A stretch of DNA of 64,000 bases, from the NCBI GenBank assembly GCA_951406725.2, contig OX597814.1, forward strand, positions 31,992,001-32,056,000. Reading direction: 5' to 3'. The notes below the pieces were generated by a model that saw only the letters and a list, made by a program, of their open reading frames with translations, searched no databases and was not told the DNA's origin. Shown here in pieces: positions 1 through 13,701 of this stretch (position 1 is its first letter; each line of letters opens with the position of its first letter). Position numbers and translations under genes: made by a program. The stretch comes from Octopus vulgaris. Its lineage: Eukaryota.

Positions 1-1010
1 AGTTTGTTCTACTGATCATACTGAATTATTGCATCCCACAGGATTTTGCAATCTTCATTCCTAGTAATTCTTTCTGGGATTTGGTCGCACCACATCTTTG
101 CTCTCTGCAAGCCGTAATTTCCACAGATATCCCGATGGATCATTCTTGCCATATTGTCATGTCATATTTTGTATTCTCGTTGTGCCAATTTCGGGTTTCC
201 ACTAACAATATACCATACCGCTTCACTCCTCTCGCCACACGCTCTGCGTTTGTCATTCTCCGTCGTGTTGTCAATTCTGTACTTTACATTGTTCGTCCTT
301 AACGCTTGTTCTTGTGATTCTATCTGTATCTTCAGGTCACTTCTCCACGTCCATAACTACCGGTCTTCTGTATCAGTTTTGGTTCTCGTATCTCTTGCAA
401 AATGACCGTACATATTTTTTCTTACCAAGCTATATCTGCTTTCATGTTCTTTTCCTCTTTAAGTTCTTTCTTTACGTAATTATCAATTCTTCTGATGCCG
501 GACTTCTTCACATGTTTTAGCAATGTTTCAACGGCATATTTACACACTACCTTCAGCTGTTTTCCTCTGCGCCAACTCAGTCCTGGCAATTGATCAAACC
601 TCTTCTAAACTTTCTTCTGGATAGGTACAATCTATCATCTTCATTCTTGGGATGGAATGCTCTGTGCACTGTCAATATTTTCTGTCTTTCTTTTGTCAGT
701 TTATGATTCCGAAGTAATGTGATCGCCCATTTATTTACTACTTGAATTTTATTCCATTCAGTGAATTTTGAGCGGAACACTAATCTTGGTCTTCGAAATA
801 TTCTTCCATTTCCTTCTCCATGATATTGTTGAATTTTAGTATACCAAAGTGTTTAAAACCTCCTTTTCAATTTGTTTCATCCCTTCTTTATTTGGTAATT
901 ATATCCCTGTCAGGGACTATAGCTTGCCTCTTTTCAGGATCATTATACCGCACTATTTGAACCTCAATTCCATCATAATATAATCACTAAAACAGTGGGC
1001 CGTGTTTACC
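1..1010 (-). mobile_element. Decayed R4/Dong-type (RLE) non-LTR retrotransposon fragment: RT C-terminal part, zinc knuckle, start of RLE region
   Basis: Minus-strand translation gives LTVHRAFHPKNEDDRLYLSRRKFRRGLI (post-RT HPKSDVDRLY..RKEGGRGL motif), a decayed CCHC region (EAVWYIVSGNPKLAQREYK), HDNMARMIHRDICG and ENEDCKILWD. Stops and frameshifts present. Runs off the window start. Confidence 0.85.
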
Positions 1011-1173
1011 GAACAACTCACTTAAACATTTTTAATCATTATACACTATGTATATTTCCCTTCCGCTTCATTTTATACCGTGCATACTTATTTTTTATTA
1101 CTATTTTATCATTTCCTTATACATAAGTCCGCACATTTGTGTCTATCTTTGTATTGATCCCCCTTATCCTCCC

Positions 1174-1520
1174 ATGTGGTAAGTAGATTGTTTACCAACC
1201 ACATGGTTCCGGGTTCGAGTCAATGAAGCTTTATGCGTGGATTTGGTAAACGGACACTGAAAGAAGCCCGTCGTATATATATATATATATATGTATGCGT
1301 GTGTGTATGTATATGTTTGTGTGTCTGTTCGTCACGCCAACATCGCTTGGCAATCGATGCTGTGTGTTTACGTCTCCGTAACTTAGCGGTTTGGCAAGAG
1401 AGAACGAAAAAATAAGTACTAAGCTTACAAAGATTAAGTCCTGGGGTTGATTTGCTAGAATATAGGCGGTGCTCCAGCATGGCCGCAGTTAAATGACTGC
1501 AACAAATAATAGAATAACAG
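1174..1520 (+). mobile_element. SINE family A (tRNA-like head, internal microsatellite), slightly 5'-truncated
   Basis: Matches the full-length copies at 12858 and 50794 (aaccacatggttccgggttc ... ggcggtgctccagcatggccgcagt). Confidence 0.85.
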
Positions 1521-1528
1521 AAAGAAAA

Positions 1529-1797
<269 letters not shown>

Positions 1798-2185
1798 TGG
1801 CAGCATCCGCATCACATTACTCGCAAGTATTAGTATTATATAGTTTGCATATAGCATGGGATGTTATCTTCGGTGAAAGTCACTAGTGTATCAATGTAGG
1901 CACTTAATTCTATTACTTCATCAAAGCCTTAAGAACAGAGGATAGATATTTTAAAAAAGACCTTCCAAAATCTTGTTGAACATTAAATATATTTATAGCT
2001 ACAAAATTTCACTGTTTCAAACATCTACATCATAAATGAATTGTAAACTTTATTCTTTAGTGTGTTAAAGATTATGATAATATCTTTTTGATTTAGCTGC
2101 AGGAATTAATGAAATTTAATGTGTATCAGCATATATGTGTGTATGTATGTGTGTCTGTGTGGGCGTGTTTGTATGTACATAGATG

Positions 2186-2295
2186 CATACATATATAGTT
2201 GCATGTATGCATACATGCATACATACATACATACATGCATACATACATACATACATACATACATACATACATACATACATACATACATACATACC
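2186..2295. repeat. (CATA)n tetranucleotide microsatellite
   Basis: Directly visible. Confidence 0.95.
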
Positions 2296-2640
2296 AATAT
2301 ATTAAATGAATAAGAAGATTGAAATCGTTAATTTGTGCGATTCTGTTCAAGAAAATAGGACACACGGAAAACTTAATCATCACTAAAATATTTTATGTAA
2401 TCCTATTAAATGATATGCTTATCAGCTATATACACACCTGCCTAAACATACAAAACAAACACCCATACATAAGTAAGTATATATACAGATATCGTGCATA
2501 AATGCGTGCATAGATATTATATACATATACACACTCATATATACATGTATGTATATATATATGAATATATATATGCTTATGTATACATATATACATATAT
2601 ATAGTATATATATATATATTATATATACATTATATATATA

Positions 2641-2715
<75 letters not shown>

Positions 2716-2717
<2 letters not shown>

Positions 2718-3287
2718 ATAAAATCTTTTTCGAGAAAAAAATTTTTATCAATGGCCAGCATATCAAAAAATGCTTTTAAAGGTAACATTTATACATAATT
2801 TACAAGATAAGGGCAGAAGAAAAATTCTAATGCCAGATACGCCGAAAAAAAATTGTCGATAACCATTTAATTTATGCGTCTCGAAAAAAAACCGATAGAA
2901 ATCTCTAAAAAATTCGTTATTACCGTATTGGTCCAATTTCGGGGTTAATTCTATTTTCGGATATATTTGAGATGCTTAAGTCTGCTCGGGATTTGGTGCT
3001 TGCTTCTTCCATGGGTATGAGTAAGTATTTCATTTATATCTCGCGTGTTTGCCGCTGAAGAGGGGGAAATTTCTTGTGAATTAACCCCGAAATTGGACCA
3101 ATACGATAATAACGAATTTTTTAGAGATTTTTATCTGTTTGTTTCGAGACGCATAAATTTAATGGTTATCGACAATTTTTTGTATCGGCGCATCTGGCAT
3201 TAGAATTTTTCTTCTGCCCTTATCTTGTAAATTATGTATAAATTTTACCTTTAAAGGCATTTTTTGATATGCTGGCAATTGATAAAA
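2716..3287 (+). mobile_element. Fold-back PLE-like remnant: inverted arms 2743-2951 / 3078-3287 next to a (TA)n tract
   Basis: ~210-bp imperfect inverted repeat with a hammerhead motif at the inner edge of the right arm. Confidence 0.8.
3049..3109 (+). ncRNA. Minimal type I hammerhead ribozyme motif
   Basis: ttgccg-CTGAAGA-ggggg..cccc-GAA-ATTGG a CCAAT-A-cgataa. The inverted arm preserves cggtaa, which pairs with ttgccg as stem I. Cleavage triplet AUA. Confidence 0.7.
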
Positions 3288-3292
3288 TTTAA

Positions 3293-3376
3293 TGGCTGAT
3301 GATTGCTCAACATGATAAAACTGTTGTAATACTTACAATATTTAATAAAATGATGTAGTGTGAAACGATCGTACCA
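3293..3376 (+). ncRNA. Type I hammerhead ribozyme motif (long stem II family)
   Basis: tgg-CTGATGA-(59 nt)-GAAAC-GATC-GTA-cca, with palindromic GATC loop. Homologous to the motifs at 6325 and 6743. Confidence 0.7.
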
Positions 3377-3414
3377 AATTACCGAAGTCATTCTTGTTGC
3401 TTATTTTTGATTAT

Positions 3415-3465
<51 letters not shown>

Positions 3466-3469
<4 letters not shown>

Positions 3470-3923
3470 TATAGTAAAGAATGGAGCTGAACGAAGATTT
3501 AACCAAATTCTTTTATTTTATTTTCGACATATGTCTATCTAGATAGACATTTTGTGTCATTAATTTCATGGGCTCCCCGTGAGCGTTTTTCGAAAAGCTT
3601 GTTGTGCATTTTGTTGGAGAATTAAGTTCCTGGATTTTCCTGAAGAGAAAGCTGCAAAATGGGCTCCTTATTCAATCGGAATTAGGGACTTTGCAGACTT
3701 CGAAACATATGTCGAAAATAAAATAAAGGAATTTGGTTAAATCTTCGTTCAGCTCCATGCTTTACTATACTTAATATATAAAACTTCAAATTTCCGCACT
3801 AAGGCACGGATTTTATGCCCCATGGTCGTAACTTCAACCGTGCTCTTTCTGTTGTGATTTTTGCTACCCAAGTATCGGTTATCATTTGAATTATCCGTAA
3901 TAAGATAATTCATTCATCTACTT

Positions 3924-3930
<7 letters not shown>
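3466..3930 (+). mobile_element. Fold-back PLE-like remnant between two (TA)n tracts (arms 3466-3534 / 3705-3773, plus 3' tail)
   Basis: Inverted arms visible. The tail 3774-3930 is homologous, in reverse complement, to 7752-7914. Confidence 0.8.
3634..3719 (+). ncRNA. Intact-looking type I hammerhead ribozyme
   Basis: attttc-CTGAAGA-gaaagctgcaaa..tttgcagacttc-GAAAC-ATAT-GTC-gaaaat. 6-bp stem I, extended stem II, palindromic ATAT loop, GUC triplet (cleavage after 3713). Confidence 0.85.
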
Positions 3931-4009
<79 letters not shown>

Positions 4010-4396
4010 ATCAAACTACTACTACTACTACTACTATACGAACGGCGTATACGTATATAGACACACTCTATGGTATTATCTGTAAGTTGGTGATTGAAAG
4101 GAATCTATTCCTCTATTTTCTTATTTTGTATTATGAATTTTATGTAAAACATTTTACCTTCGCCCATATAATGCAATAAATGAACTAATTGCATTGCAAT
4201 AGTAAGCATTTATGTATTAGCCTTTTGGGTACTTCACTGGCAGTATATTGGATAAATGATATCCCATAGTGGGTTACACTCATAACCCCTATCTCACTTT
4301 GTACTTATATATATATATATAAAACTTAGATAAAACTTAGATATGTTTCGACCAGAGATTGGTCCAGGCCATGTCTAACTTAATAGCACCACCTGT

Positions 4397-4599
4397 ATAT
4401 ATAGAAAATAGTAAAAAGTGAAAAAACTACAGAAGGCTTGTTTTAAAAGGTTAAAAAATATATATTTGAGTCATTATGTCAGAAGAATGGTATAAATTTT
4501 TTATAACATTCTTCTGACATAATAACTCAAATATATATTTTTTAACCTTTTAAAAGAAGCCTTCTGTAGTTTTTTCACTTTTTACTATCTTCTATATAT
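4397..4599. repeat. ~100-bp-arm near-perfect hairpin (fold-back) between (TA)n tracts
   Basis: 4397-4497 is the reverse complement of 4500-4599 with a few mismatches. Confidence 0.9.
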
Positions 4600-4634
4600 T
4601 CAACCACGTGCTTTCACACACCAATTTTCTCACC

Positions 4635-4670
<36 letters not shown>

Positions 4671-5454
4671 AAATGCTGGAGTACATTTGTGATACATCAT
4701 AACTTCGTGTAGAGTGTCACACATTTTCCCAAGTAATCTATGAATGAATCACATATTTTATTGCTAATTAGTCTTGTTATGAGTGGTTGCAATATTCTAT
4801 TTCCGGTAGTGTGTTCTCTTTAAGAAAGTAGTTCGCGTTATATATTGTTTACAAAGACCTATTTATACCCATGGGCGTTTAAATATATCGAAGATGAAGA
4901 AAATGCAAAACTTGACTAAAGGAACATAATCGGTAAATTATAAGCGTAAGAAATGTTAAGAAAATGTGGACTGTTTATTTATTGTTGGTATATTCAGTAA
5001 TGTACAATTTTGCTTTATGTAAATTAGCATCAAGAGGTACATCAAAAGTATAAAATGACAGGATTGTATACGGTATATAATATACAATTTGGAATACGTT
5101 TAGAATTCGAAATTTAAATTAAAATTGATATTACGTACATAGTTTAAAAGTGTGAGCATGATTAGTTTAAACGAGGATATTTTAAACGTCCAGACGTATG
5201 AAAAATATCAAAATAACAAACCTATCCAAATATGCTTAGAGTGTGAAAGCGTATGTTAATAATTACAAACATAGAATTATAACGTAAACAGCCAAAACAG
5301 AAAATGGAAAACGCCAGTGCATTAAACATTACTAAGAAGTGTCTCAAGCACAAAAGCCTTAATTAATCTACAAAGTGTGGGCCAGATTACAATGCTCATA
5401 TACGCACAAATTATTTTATTGATCTTGTTCTTTTTTCTTTCAATAATTATAGTG

Positions 5455-5835
5455 CGACCAGCCTGTGGTGCCGCTTTGAAGGGTTTAGGGGAACGAATCG
5501 ACCCTAGAAATTTTTTCTTTTCTTTTCTTATTCTTTTTTTTTATTGTTAAGCCCTGTACTAATTCCATGGATACCTTTTGCAGAACCAGTAGGTTACATG
5601 GACGTAAGACAAACAACATCGGTTTTCAAGCGTCGGAAGGGAAAAAGCTATAGCAAAATGACGCATACATACACACACAGACACACACATGCGCGCGCGC
5701 ACACACACACATATAAATGGCATCTTTCAGTTTCCATCTATAAAACCCACTCACGAGACAATTTGTCTGCCTGGAGCTAGAGTAGAAGACATCTGCCTAA
5801 AATTCTATTCAGTGGGCGTGAACCCGGAGTCAGGT
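5455..5835 (-). mobile_element. Degenerate SINE family A copy
   Basis: Reverse-complement similarity (tctttcagtttcc, aatcgacccta, ggacgtaagacaaacaacatcggtt). Confidence 0.65.
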
Positions 5836-6147
5836 GTTTGGAAATTAACACACATACACACACTTACACATACATGTGTGTATCTGTGTGTGTTATTCTC
5901 TGTGTGTGTTATTCTCTGTGTGTGCATGTACGTCTATACGCGTACGTGTGTGTGTGCGCGCATATGTGTTTGTGTGTGAGTCAGTGTGTGTGGTGGGGTG
6001 CAGCGAGCCTGGATGTGTTATGTATTTTCAATATCCAAAACAAAATTTTTACTTAACAGATGTCTCGTCTTCACTTTTTCTCTAGTGTAGTATACCAAGA
6101 AACCACACTTTACGTTTCTCACTATATTCACGTATATGTATATATAC

Positions 6148-6229
<82 letters not shown>

Positions 6230-6324
6230 ATTAAGTTAAGGGCACCAGAATTTGGTATGGTATTATCCATATAAATCAAATAGGGTGATTATAATCAAAA
6301 TAAGCAGCAAGGATATCCAAAGTA

Positions 6325-6413
6325 GTATAGTACAATCGTTTCATGCTACTTCATTTTATTAAACACTGTAAGTATTACATCAGTTTTAAAATGTCGAGAA
6401 ATCTTCAGCCACA
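6325..6413 (-). ncRNA. Type I hammerhead ribozyme motif
   Basis: Minus strand: tgtgg-CTGAAGA-..-GAAAC-GATT-GTA-ctata. Confidence 0.7.
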
Positions 6414-6742
6414 TATAGAATGTTTTAATTAAATGGACAATGTACATTTTTATACTTATTTCATTTGCCAACAATACAAAGAGGGTAGATATATAGACAG
6501 AGAGGAAAATTTCATCATTAAGAACATGGTAGTAGAATGTTCTTCTCCATCTGTAGATTTATTATCACTGAGTTCTCTTTGTTATTTAGATCTATCAGTG
6601 GGGAGGGGGTTTCTTTTCTTCTACTGCCATGTTCTTAATGATGAAATTTTCCTCTCTGTCAATATATCTACACTCTTTGTAATGTTGGCAAATGAAATAA
6701 GTATAAAAATGCACATTGTCCAGTTAATTAAAAAATACTATA

Positions 6743-6830
6743 TGTGGCTGATGATTGCTCGACATTTAAAAACTGAGGTAATACTTACAGAGTTTAATAA
6801 AATGAAGCAGCATGAAACGATTGTACTACA
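6743..6830 (+). ncRNA. Type I hammerhead ribozyme motif
   Basis: tgtgg-CTGATGA-ttgct..agcat-GAAAC-GATT-GTA-ctaca. 5-bp stem I with one G-U pair. Confidence 0.75.
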
Positions 6831-6846
6831 CTACATTCGATATCCC

Positions 6847-7418
<572 letters not shown>

Positions 7419-7594
7419 ATATATATCTATATATATTCACATATACACTCAGAATTGTTCAAAATAAATAAATAGGCATGATTTATTGTCTAACAGTTGA
7501 TGCATACTACCTCAGGATCACCTCCATTTTCTTCTCCCCCCCCATATATATATAATACAAAATTGGGCAAGAACGCAGAATATCGTTCTCTTAT

Positions 7595-7650
<56 letters not shown>

Positions 7651-7751
7651 TATAAATAAATATTTTTGTGCGTCTATATGTATATACATGTATGCATATA
7701 TATGTGTGTATATATACATCTATATATATATATATGTATATATATATATAA

Positions 7752-8414
7752 TTTATGTGAAATAGAAAGATGAATAATCTTGTAGTAGATTAATCAAAAG
7801 TTTAACCGATACCTTAGTAGCAAAAATCACAGCAGTAAACAGCACGGTTGGAGGTACAACCATATGGTGTTGCAACCGTGCGTTGGTGCGGATAATTGAA
7901 ATTAAAATATTATTGGTGAATTGAAGAAATGGAGCTGAACGCAGATTGAACAGAAATCGTTTTATTTCATTCTACACGTGTTTCGAAAGTTTAAGAGAGC
8001 TTGTTTTGTCTATTCCCATCCTCATTGCTAAGGATCAGGGACCGCGAATCTATGCACCACTCTCCAAATGACTCCTGCCACTGACCAAGTCTTTTAGTCC
8101 ATTCTTTGATGTCATCCAACCAGTGTTTCCTTCTTGATCTCTTCTACCTCATTTCCCCATTGACCCAACCTCCACGATATGGGTGTCAATGTTTTGGCCC
8201 CTGATCACATGCCCCACAATACATCAGCTTAAGCTTCCTGATATTTGCCAAGAGTTCTCTTTCCATTCCCATTTCTCTGAGTCCTGACTCATTTGTTCAA
8301 TGGTCAGTCCAGCTGATCCTCACTACTCTTCAGTAGTGCCTTTCGAAACACGTGTAGAATGAAATAAAACGATTTCTGTTCAATCTGCGTTCAGCTCCAT
8401 TTCTTCAATTCACC
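7752..8414. mobile_element. Fold-back PLE-like remnant with 75-bp perfect inverted arms (7915-7989 / 8340-8414) enclosing a LINE fragment
   Basis: Each arm begins with the 3' half of a hammerhead (GAAAC-ACGT-GTA). Family related to 3466-3930. TA-rich tracts on both sides. Confidence 0.8.
8010..8338 (-). mobile_element. RTE-like LINE 3' ORF fragment
   Basis: Minus-strand translation shows RVVRISWTDH, GHVIR and KHWLDDIKEWT, typical of the RTE-clade ORF C-terminus. Confidence 0.75.
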
Positions 8415-8450
8415 TATATATATATATGTATAAATATATATATATATATG

Positions 8451-8507
<57 letters not shown>

Positions 8508-8611
8508 AAATATATATATTTATAGATATATATGTATATTTATATATATATATATATATATATAAATATACATATATAAATTATACATATATCGGTATGT
8601 GTGCATGTGTA

Positions 8612-8643
<32 letters not shown>

Positions 8644-9735
8644 CTTAGTTGCATACATACATACATGCATGCATACATGCATTCATACATACATATATGC
8701 ATTCATACTGACATAAATACATTCATACATATCTGTTTTGAAACATTTATTATCTTATTTTCAATTCGATGAACTCTCTAAGCATGAGGATACAATAACA
8801 TCATGAAATACCGAATGTTGGCGAAAGGGCAAGAAATATCATATGCAATTCAGTTATAAGCAGTGCATTTTTTATGTCGATGATGTAGTTGCTGTTGATG
8901 TGACAGCGTCTTGTTATTTTTTTATATTTTCCTTTATTAGCTATTTATTTTTATTTTTATTTTCATATAGGGTTATTTTGAAAATTTTCTTATGATTTTC
9001 TTTTTATCTTCCGTCAGCTCTCAATGTGTCACTATACTGCAATGTGTCGATGTTTTTGTTTATTGTTTATGTTATTCTTTGTTTTTCTTTTCCTTATTTA
9101 AATGTTCATTGCAATAGCAAAGGCGGCAAAATATCATGCATATCACATGCCACAAGAAGGCAGTGATATCCATATATAATTGGTGCTGTTCAGCAAAATA
9201 AACATTTAAAACGAAAAACTAACTGAAAAATCGATAAATACAAACACATTTCCAATAAGCAAAAACAAAAGCTAAAGCTGTGAAATGAGAGATTCCAGAA
9301 TAGTAATGCCAAGATTTTATTTCATTATATTTTCCCTAGAAATTTTATCTACTTTTTCTTTATTAATGCTTCGATTATTTTTTTTTATTCTATGTAGTGA
9401 ATCTATTCCATTTTTGTTTTTTGTTTCTTTTTTTTTTTTTGTACAACAGCTCCTTATCAACTATCTTTAAAAAAATATCTTTAGGAATATTTAAGAATTT
9501 TATCCAATCAGAACCTTCGATGTTACTTTCTTCGGGGATCGCCGCATACAAATTCGCATGGGAGATAAAACCAGCCAGCAAGAATACATAATACATGTCT
9601 TTAGAATTATTTGCTAGCCTGTCTTCTTTTCGTTTTGTTCTATAATTGTTCACACAACGTTTTTGTTTTCTTTTCAATACACACATTCTTCCATAGACAT
9701 TTAACTGACAAAAACAATGTGGACATATGTATATA

Positions 9736-9798
<63 letters not shown>

Positions 9799-10291
9799 CT
9801 GTGTGTATACGTATGTCCACACTAATATATACATCCATATATCATACATATACATATATGTATGTGTCAGTATCTGCATTTAAATTTGTTACATATTATA
9901 TATATGTCTGTAAATGTGTGGATGTGTATGTATGTATGTGTGTATGTGCATATGTGTGTGTGTGTGTGATTCTGAGTGTCTGTGTGTGTTGCATCGTCAT
10001 TTATATAGATGTAAATTAATGCGTATATATAGACATCAGTCTATAAGTATTTGGATTTCTATGTTATATTAACATGGGCATATGAATGCACGTCTATATG
10101 TGTATATAGGTTTGCATATTTAGAGAAAGTAAGAAAGAGATTGAGTGATAGGGAGATAGACAGATATAAGCATATGCATATTTATATATATGCATATATA
10201 TAGGCATACATACATACGTACACACACATATATATATATATGTATGTATACAGACTCACAGACACACATATATGTACACACACATATATGT

Positions 10292-10359
<68 letters not shown>

Positions 10360-10979
10360 ATGTATATATACACACACACATATAAACATAGATAAACAGA
10401 TGGATACATATACATATATGCATGCATATAATTATATGCAGTTAGATATAAATCTTTGGAAAATATATGTAAATGTTCCATCAGCATACATTACCTACCA
10501 AATATATTAGTTATTCACAAAGAATTCATTCTCCGATTATTCTAGCATCTCCAACTTTCAAAGCAACACGTATGTATACACAAATTTGCGCAAATATATT
10601 CCAGTAGGCATATATATGCCTGTTTAAATGCAAACAAATTCTAAACACACACATATACGCAGTTTATCTATATATATGTGTATGTGTGTGTGCGTGCGTG
10701 TGTGCGCGTGTGTTTGGGTATATATGTGTGTTCGTGTGTATGTATGTCTGTGTGTGAGTATAAGTGTTAGCATCACTAATTGGATATGGAGTAGAAATGT
10801 TTCAATCCTGAATACGTTGATGTGAGAAATTATGTTGGAATGAGTGTTCGGAAGTTAATGCGTTGCTGCTGCTCTGCCACAATTCAAACTTACTGGTTTG
10901 GTCCTGTAAACATAAACAGTATTGTCGTAACAAGACGTGTTCACTGATTTTTTTGTTTTTAACATCACGATATTAAAAA

Positions 10980-11103
10980 CGCAGGAGTGGCTGTGTGGAT
11001 AGGCGCAGGAGTGGCTGTGTGGTAAGTAGCTTGCTAACCAACCACATGGCTCCGGGTTCAGTCCCACTGCGTGGCATCTTGGACAAGTGTCTTCTGCTAT
11101 AGC
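10980..11103 (+). mobile_element. SINE family A 5' head with a duplicated first ~20 bp
   Basis: cgcaggagtggctgtgtgg occurs twice, followed by the tRNA-like head. Confidence 0.85.
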
Positions 11104-11305
11104 AGGAAAGCAGGAAAGCACAAAACACAAAAAAACACAACAACGCGAGGACGTGGAACAAATATAGTATTATTGGACGCTCAGGAAACAAGGAGGGTTT
11201 AACGTTTCGAGCGGAGCTCTTCGTCGGAAATATAGGAGTAGGAAAGATCCAATGAAGGGTAAAGAGAGGAAAAAAAATCGCCAACGGTACACACGCGGTC
11301 ACATT
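11104..11305 (-). mobile_element. Hammerhead-bearing repeat (same family as 50261-50402). Motif at 11198-11230 has a U4C change
   Basis: Minus strand: ttt-CCGACGA-a-gagc tcc gctc-GAAACGTT-aaa. Ends at (TA)n. Confidence 0.7.
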
Positions 11306-11389
11306 TATATATATATATATATATATGTGCATATATAAAATGTGTATATATATATATATGTGTGTGTGTGTATCATATGTATACATATG

Positions 11390-12215
11390 TTTGAAATCCT
11401 GTTTGTGGGTGTGTTTGTGGAGTTGTTAGCTATCTCTTCCTTCATCGTTTCATCGATTTTGATGAAGTTTGACACGAGAGTATAATTCATGTCTGGAAAC
11501 CTCATGGCTTACTCAGATTGTTGGAGAAACCGATAATAGGGCCCCTAGAAGAGATCTTTATATATATCTAATATATTTGATTTTAAAAAGCAAGGGAAAT
11601 ATCCCATTCGCCTCTGGAAGGTGCCTTATATATAGCCAAGTGAAATAACCCATTCATCTTCCAAAATTCTTTGGTAAAAATGAAATTGAGTATGTTTATT
11701 CCTTATTATTTGAACTGTTATTTTGGTAATTTATCCAGTACAATCTTTCAACAAGTAAATAGAATTTTCCTAATCAGTAGATCCACTTATTTCGGTTAGT
11801 GACTTATTCGCGAATATACCAACACAAGCGCCTCTGAGGTTAATATTCTCTGGGAACGCACGAAAGCCCTGTTCAGGGTTATTTACTTTGAATTTTTATT
11901 ATCTCATATCTGATTAGCTTGTTATTGCGTAACATGCTTCACGATTTTAGTATACATAACTAAGTATACTCTGGGAACGCATTAAAGCCCTTTTCGGCTA
12001 CTTTATTTGAATTCTTACAATTGGGTAACTAATTTCATGTTACTGCAAAACTGACTTCACAATCATAACTTATTGGGAATTCCTGTAAATGCACAAAAAC
12101 AGTTTTAAGGGCTACATAATTTGTATTGTTGTTAATGGATTAGCAGAACAATAATGAGAACGGAACCGAGGGATAAGCCCCGATTTTCCCGGGAATTACC
12201 GGGTACGTCAGCTAA
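11390..12215 (+). mobile_element. Possible decayed non-autonomous Helitron-like element(s) with ~120-bp internal tandem repeats
   Basis: atcgattttgatgaagtttg motif, repeated ctctgggaacgca..aaagccct units at 11848 and 11969, and a ccgggtacgtcagcta 3'-like end. Confidence 0.4.
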
Positions 12216-12857
12216 CGTGTGTGTGTGTGTGTGTTTGTCTGTCTGTCTGTCTGTCTATCTGTTTGTCTGTATGTGTATGACGTGTACTCCCGCTTATTCG
12301 CAGAATTAATAATTGTTCGCGGAAACCACCGCATATTCGAGGATCCATAAATATCCTCCGCGATTTTGTATGGCTGTTTTCGAGGCAATATATACCTTTA
12401 CAAACTTTTTAAGGCTAAATTATTAATAACAATATACCTATTTGCCACTTTACTGGACGGCCCTTCGCAGCTGAATGTCCCCCTGATTAGAATAGCTGCG
12501 CATCACGTCACTTGATTTTTTTTTGCAGATACATGTACACTGTATCTTCTATCTCTTATTCTTGCTTTCAATCAAACCTAGCTAATTGATATAGCGACAT
12601 CTATCTATATTTCACACATACACGCCATACAGACATATAAAACTCTCCTCTTTACCAAGAAAAAAAGACAGCAAATTCCCATTACGATATTCCTGAAGTC
12701 CACCAAGAAAGCCTTGCATGAAGATATGACATCCCCTAAAACACCTGAAGAAATTTAAATATTCTTTGCTGTGCAGTCATTACCTCTTAAATAAATATCA
12801 TTCATTATTGGTGAATAACCGTACACTTTATTTTTTATTAAAATATAATTAAATATA

Positions 12858-13268
12858 GGCGCAGGAGTGGCTGTGTGGTAAGTAGCTTGCTAACCAACCA
12901 CATGGTTCCGGGTTCAGTCCCACTGCGTAGCAACTTGGGCAAGTGTCTTTTACTATAGCCTCGGGCCGACTAATGCCTTGTGAGTGGATTTGGTAGACGG
13001 AAACTGAAAGAAGCCTGTCGTATATATGTATATATATATATATATATATATGTGTGCGTGTGTTTGTGTGTTTGTCCCCCTAGCATTGCTTGACAACCAA
13101 TGCTGGTGTGCTTATGTCCCCGTCACTTAGCGGTTCGGCAAAAAGAAACCGATAGAATAAGTACTGGGCTTACAAAGAATAAGTCCCAGGGTCGATTTGC
13201 TCGATTAAAGGCGGTGCTCCAGCATGGCCGCAGTCAAATGACTGAAACAAGTAAAAGAGTAAAAGAGT
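12858..13268 (+). mobile_element. SINE family A, full length
   Basis: A-box-like tggctgtgtgg, B-box-like ggttcagtccc, CORE-like cttgggcaagtg, internal (TA)/(TG) microsatellite, (taaaagag) tail. Confidence 0.92.
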
Positions 13269-13509
13269 ATAGCGTTATATATTACAAATAACAGCACCGA
13301 ATATCTCCACCAGTTATAACTCCTTCGGCTAATACTGGCGGTCAAATAATCATTGTCCTCACTTCCTGCTTCATGCATCTAATGCAGGAAACTACAAAGA
13401 CATGGAACCCAACAAGTTACTAATATGTAAGCCTAAAGATTTATCGAACGTTTTTCCCTTTTTTGCTTTTCTTTTCCTTTTATTTCCTTCCCTCTAACAT
13501 CATTCTGAA

Positions 13510-13701
13510 ACACACAAAAGCCGTTCGATTCACTTCAACATTTAAGTTTAATTTGTCAAAATATTTTCGTCGCTAAAATCCGCGACCTGTTCACTGACAA
13601 AAATCCGTGCTGGCTTATAAACACCTTCCACGCTGCAATTGTTTTCGTTTCAGCACATGATTTCAGATCAAATTACTTGCTATGCGAGTACATCTCCGTA
13701 A
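13510..13701. mobile_element. 5'-inverted (twin-primed) copy of the 14816-15022 element, flanked by an 11-bp TSD atcattctgaa
   Basis: Order is B + rc(A), versus A + B at 14816. TSD at 13499-13509 and 13702-13712. Confidence 0.85.
13552..13601 (-). ncRNA. Variant hammerhead ribozyme with G3-C8 compensatory core (GUGAACA)
   Basis: Minus strand: tttgtca-GTGAACA-g-gtcgc ggatttta gcgac-GAA-AATATT-T-tgacaaa. 7-bp stem I, 5-bp stem II, palindromic stem III. Confidence 0.7.

Larger units (their letters stand above)
6228..6845. mobile_element. Fold-back PLE-like element: arms 6311-6537 / 6619-6845, each carrying a hammerhead
   Basis: ~225-bp diverged inverted repeat starting next to (TA)n. The right arm abuts a SINE. 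Confidence 0.85.

Noticed and set aside
11601-11660. HDV-like ribozyme suggested by GGCGAATGGGA on the minus strand (and ggcgaat at 27973)
   Set aside because: I could not build P1, P2 and P3/L3 of the nested double pseudoknot. Where orientation is known, the motif is antisense to the hammerhead. Treated instead as part of the shared 3'-tail motif.
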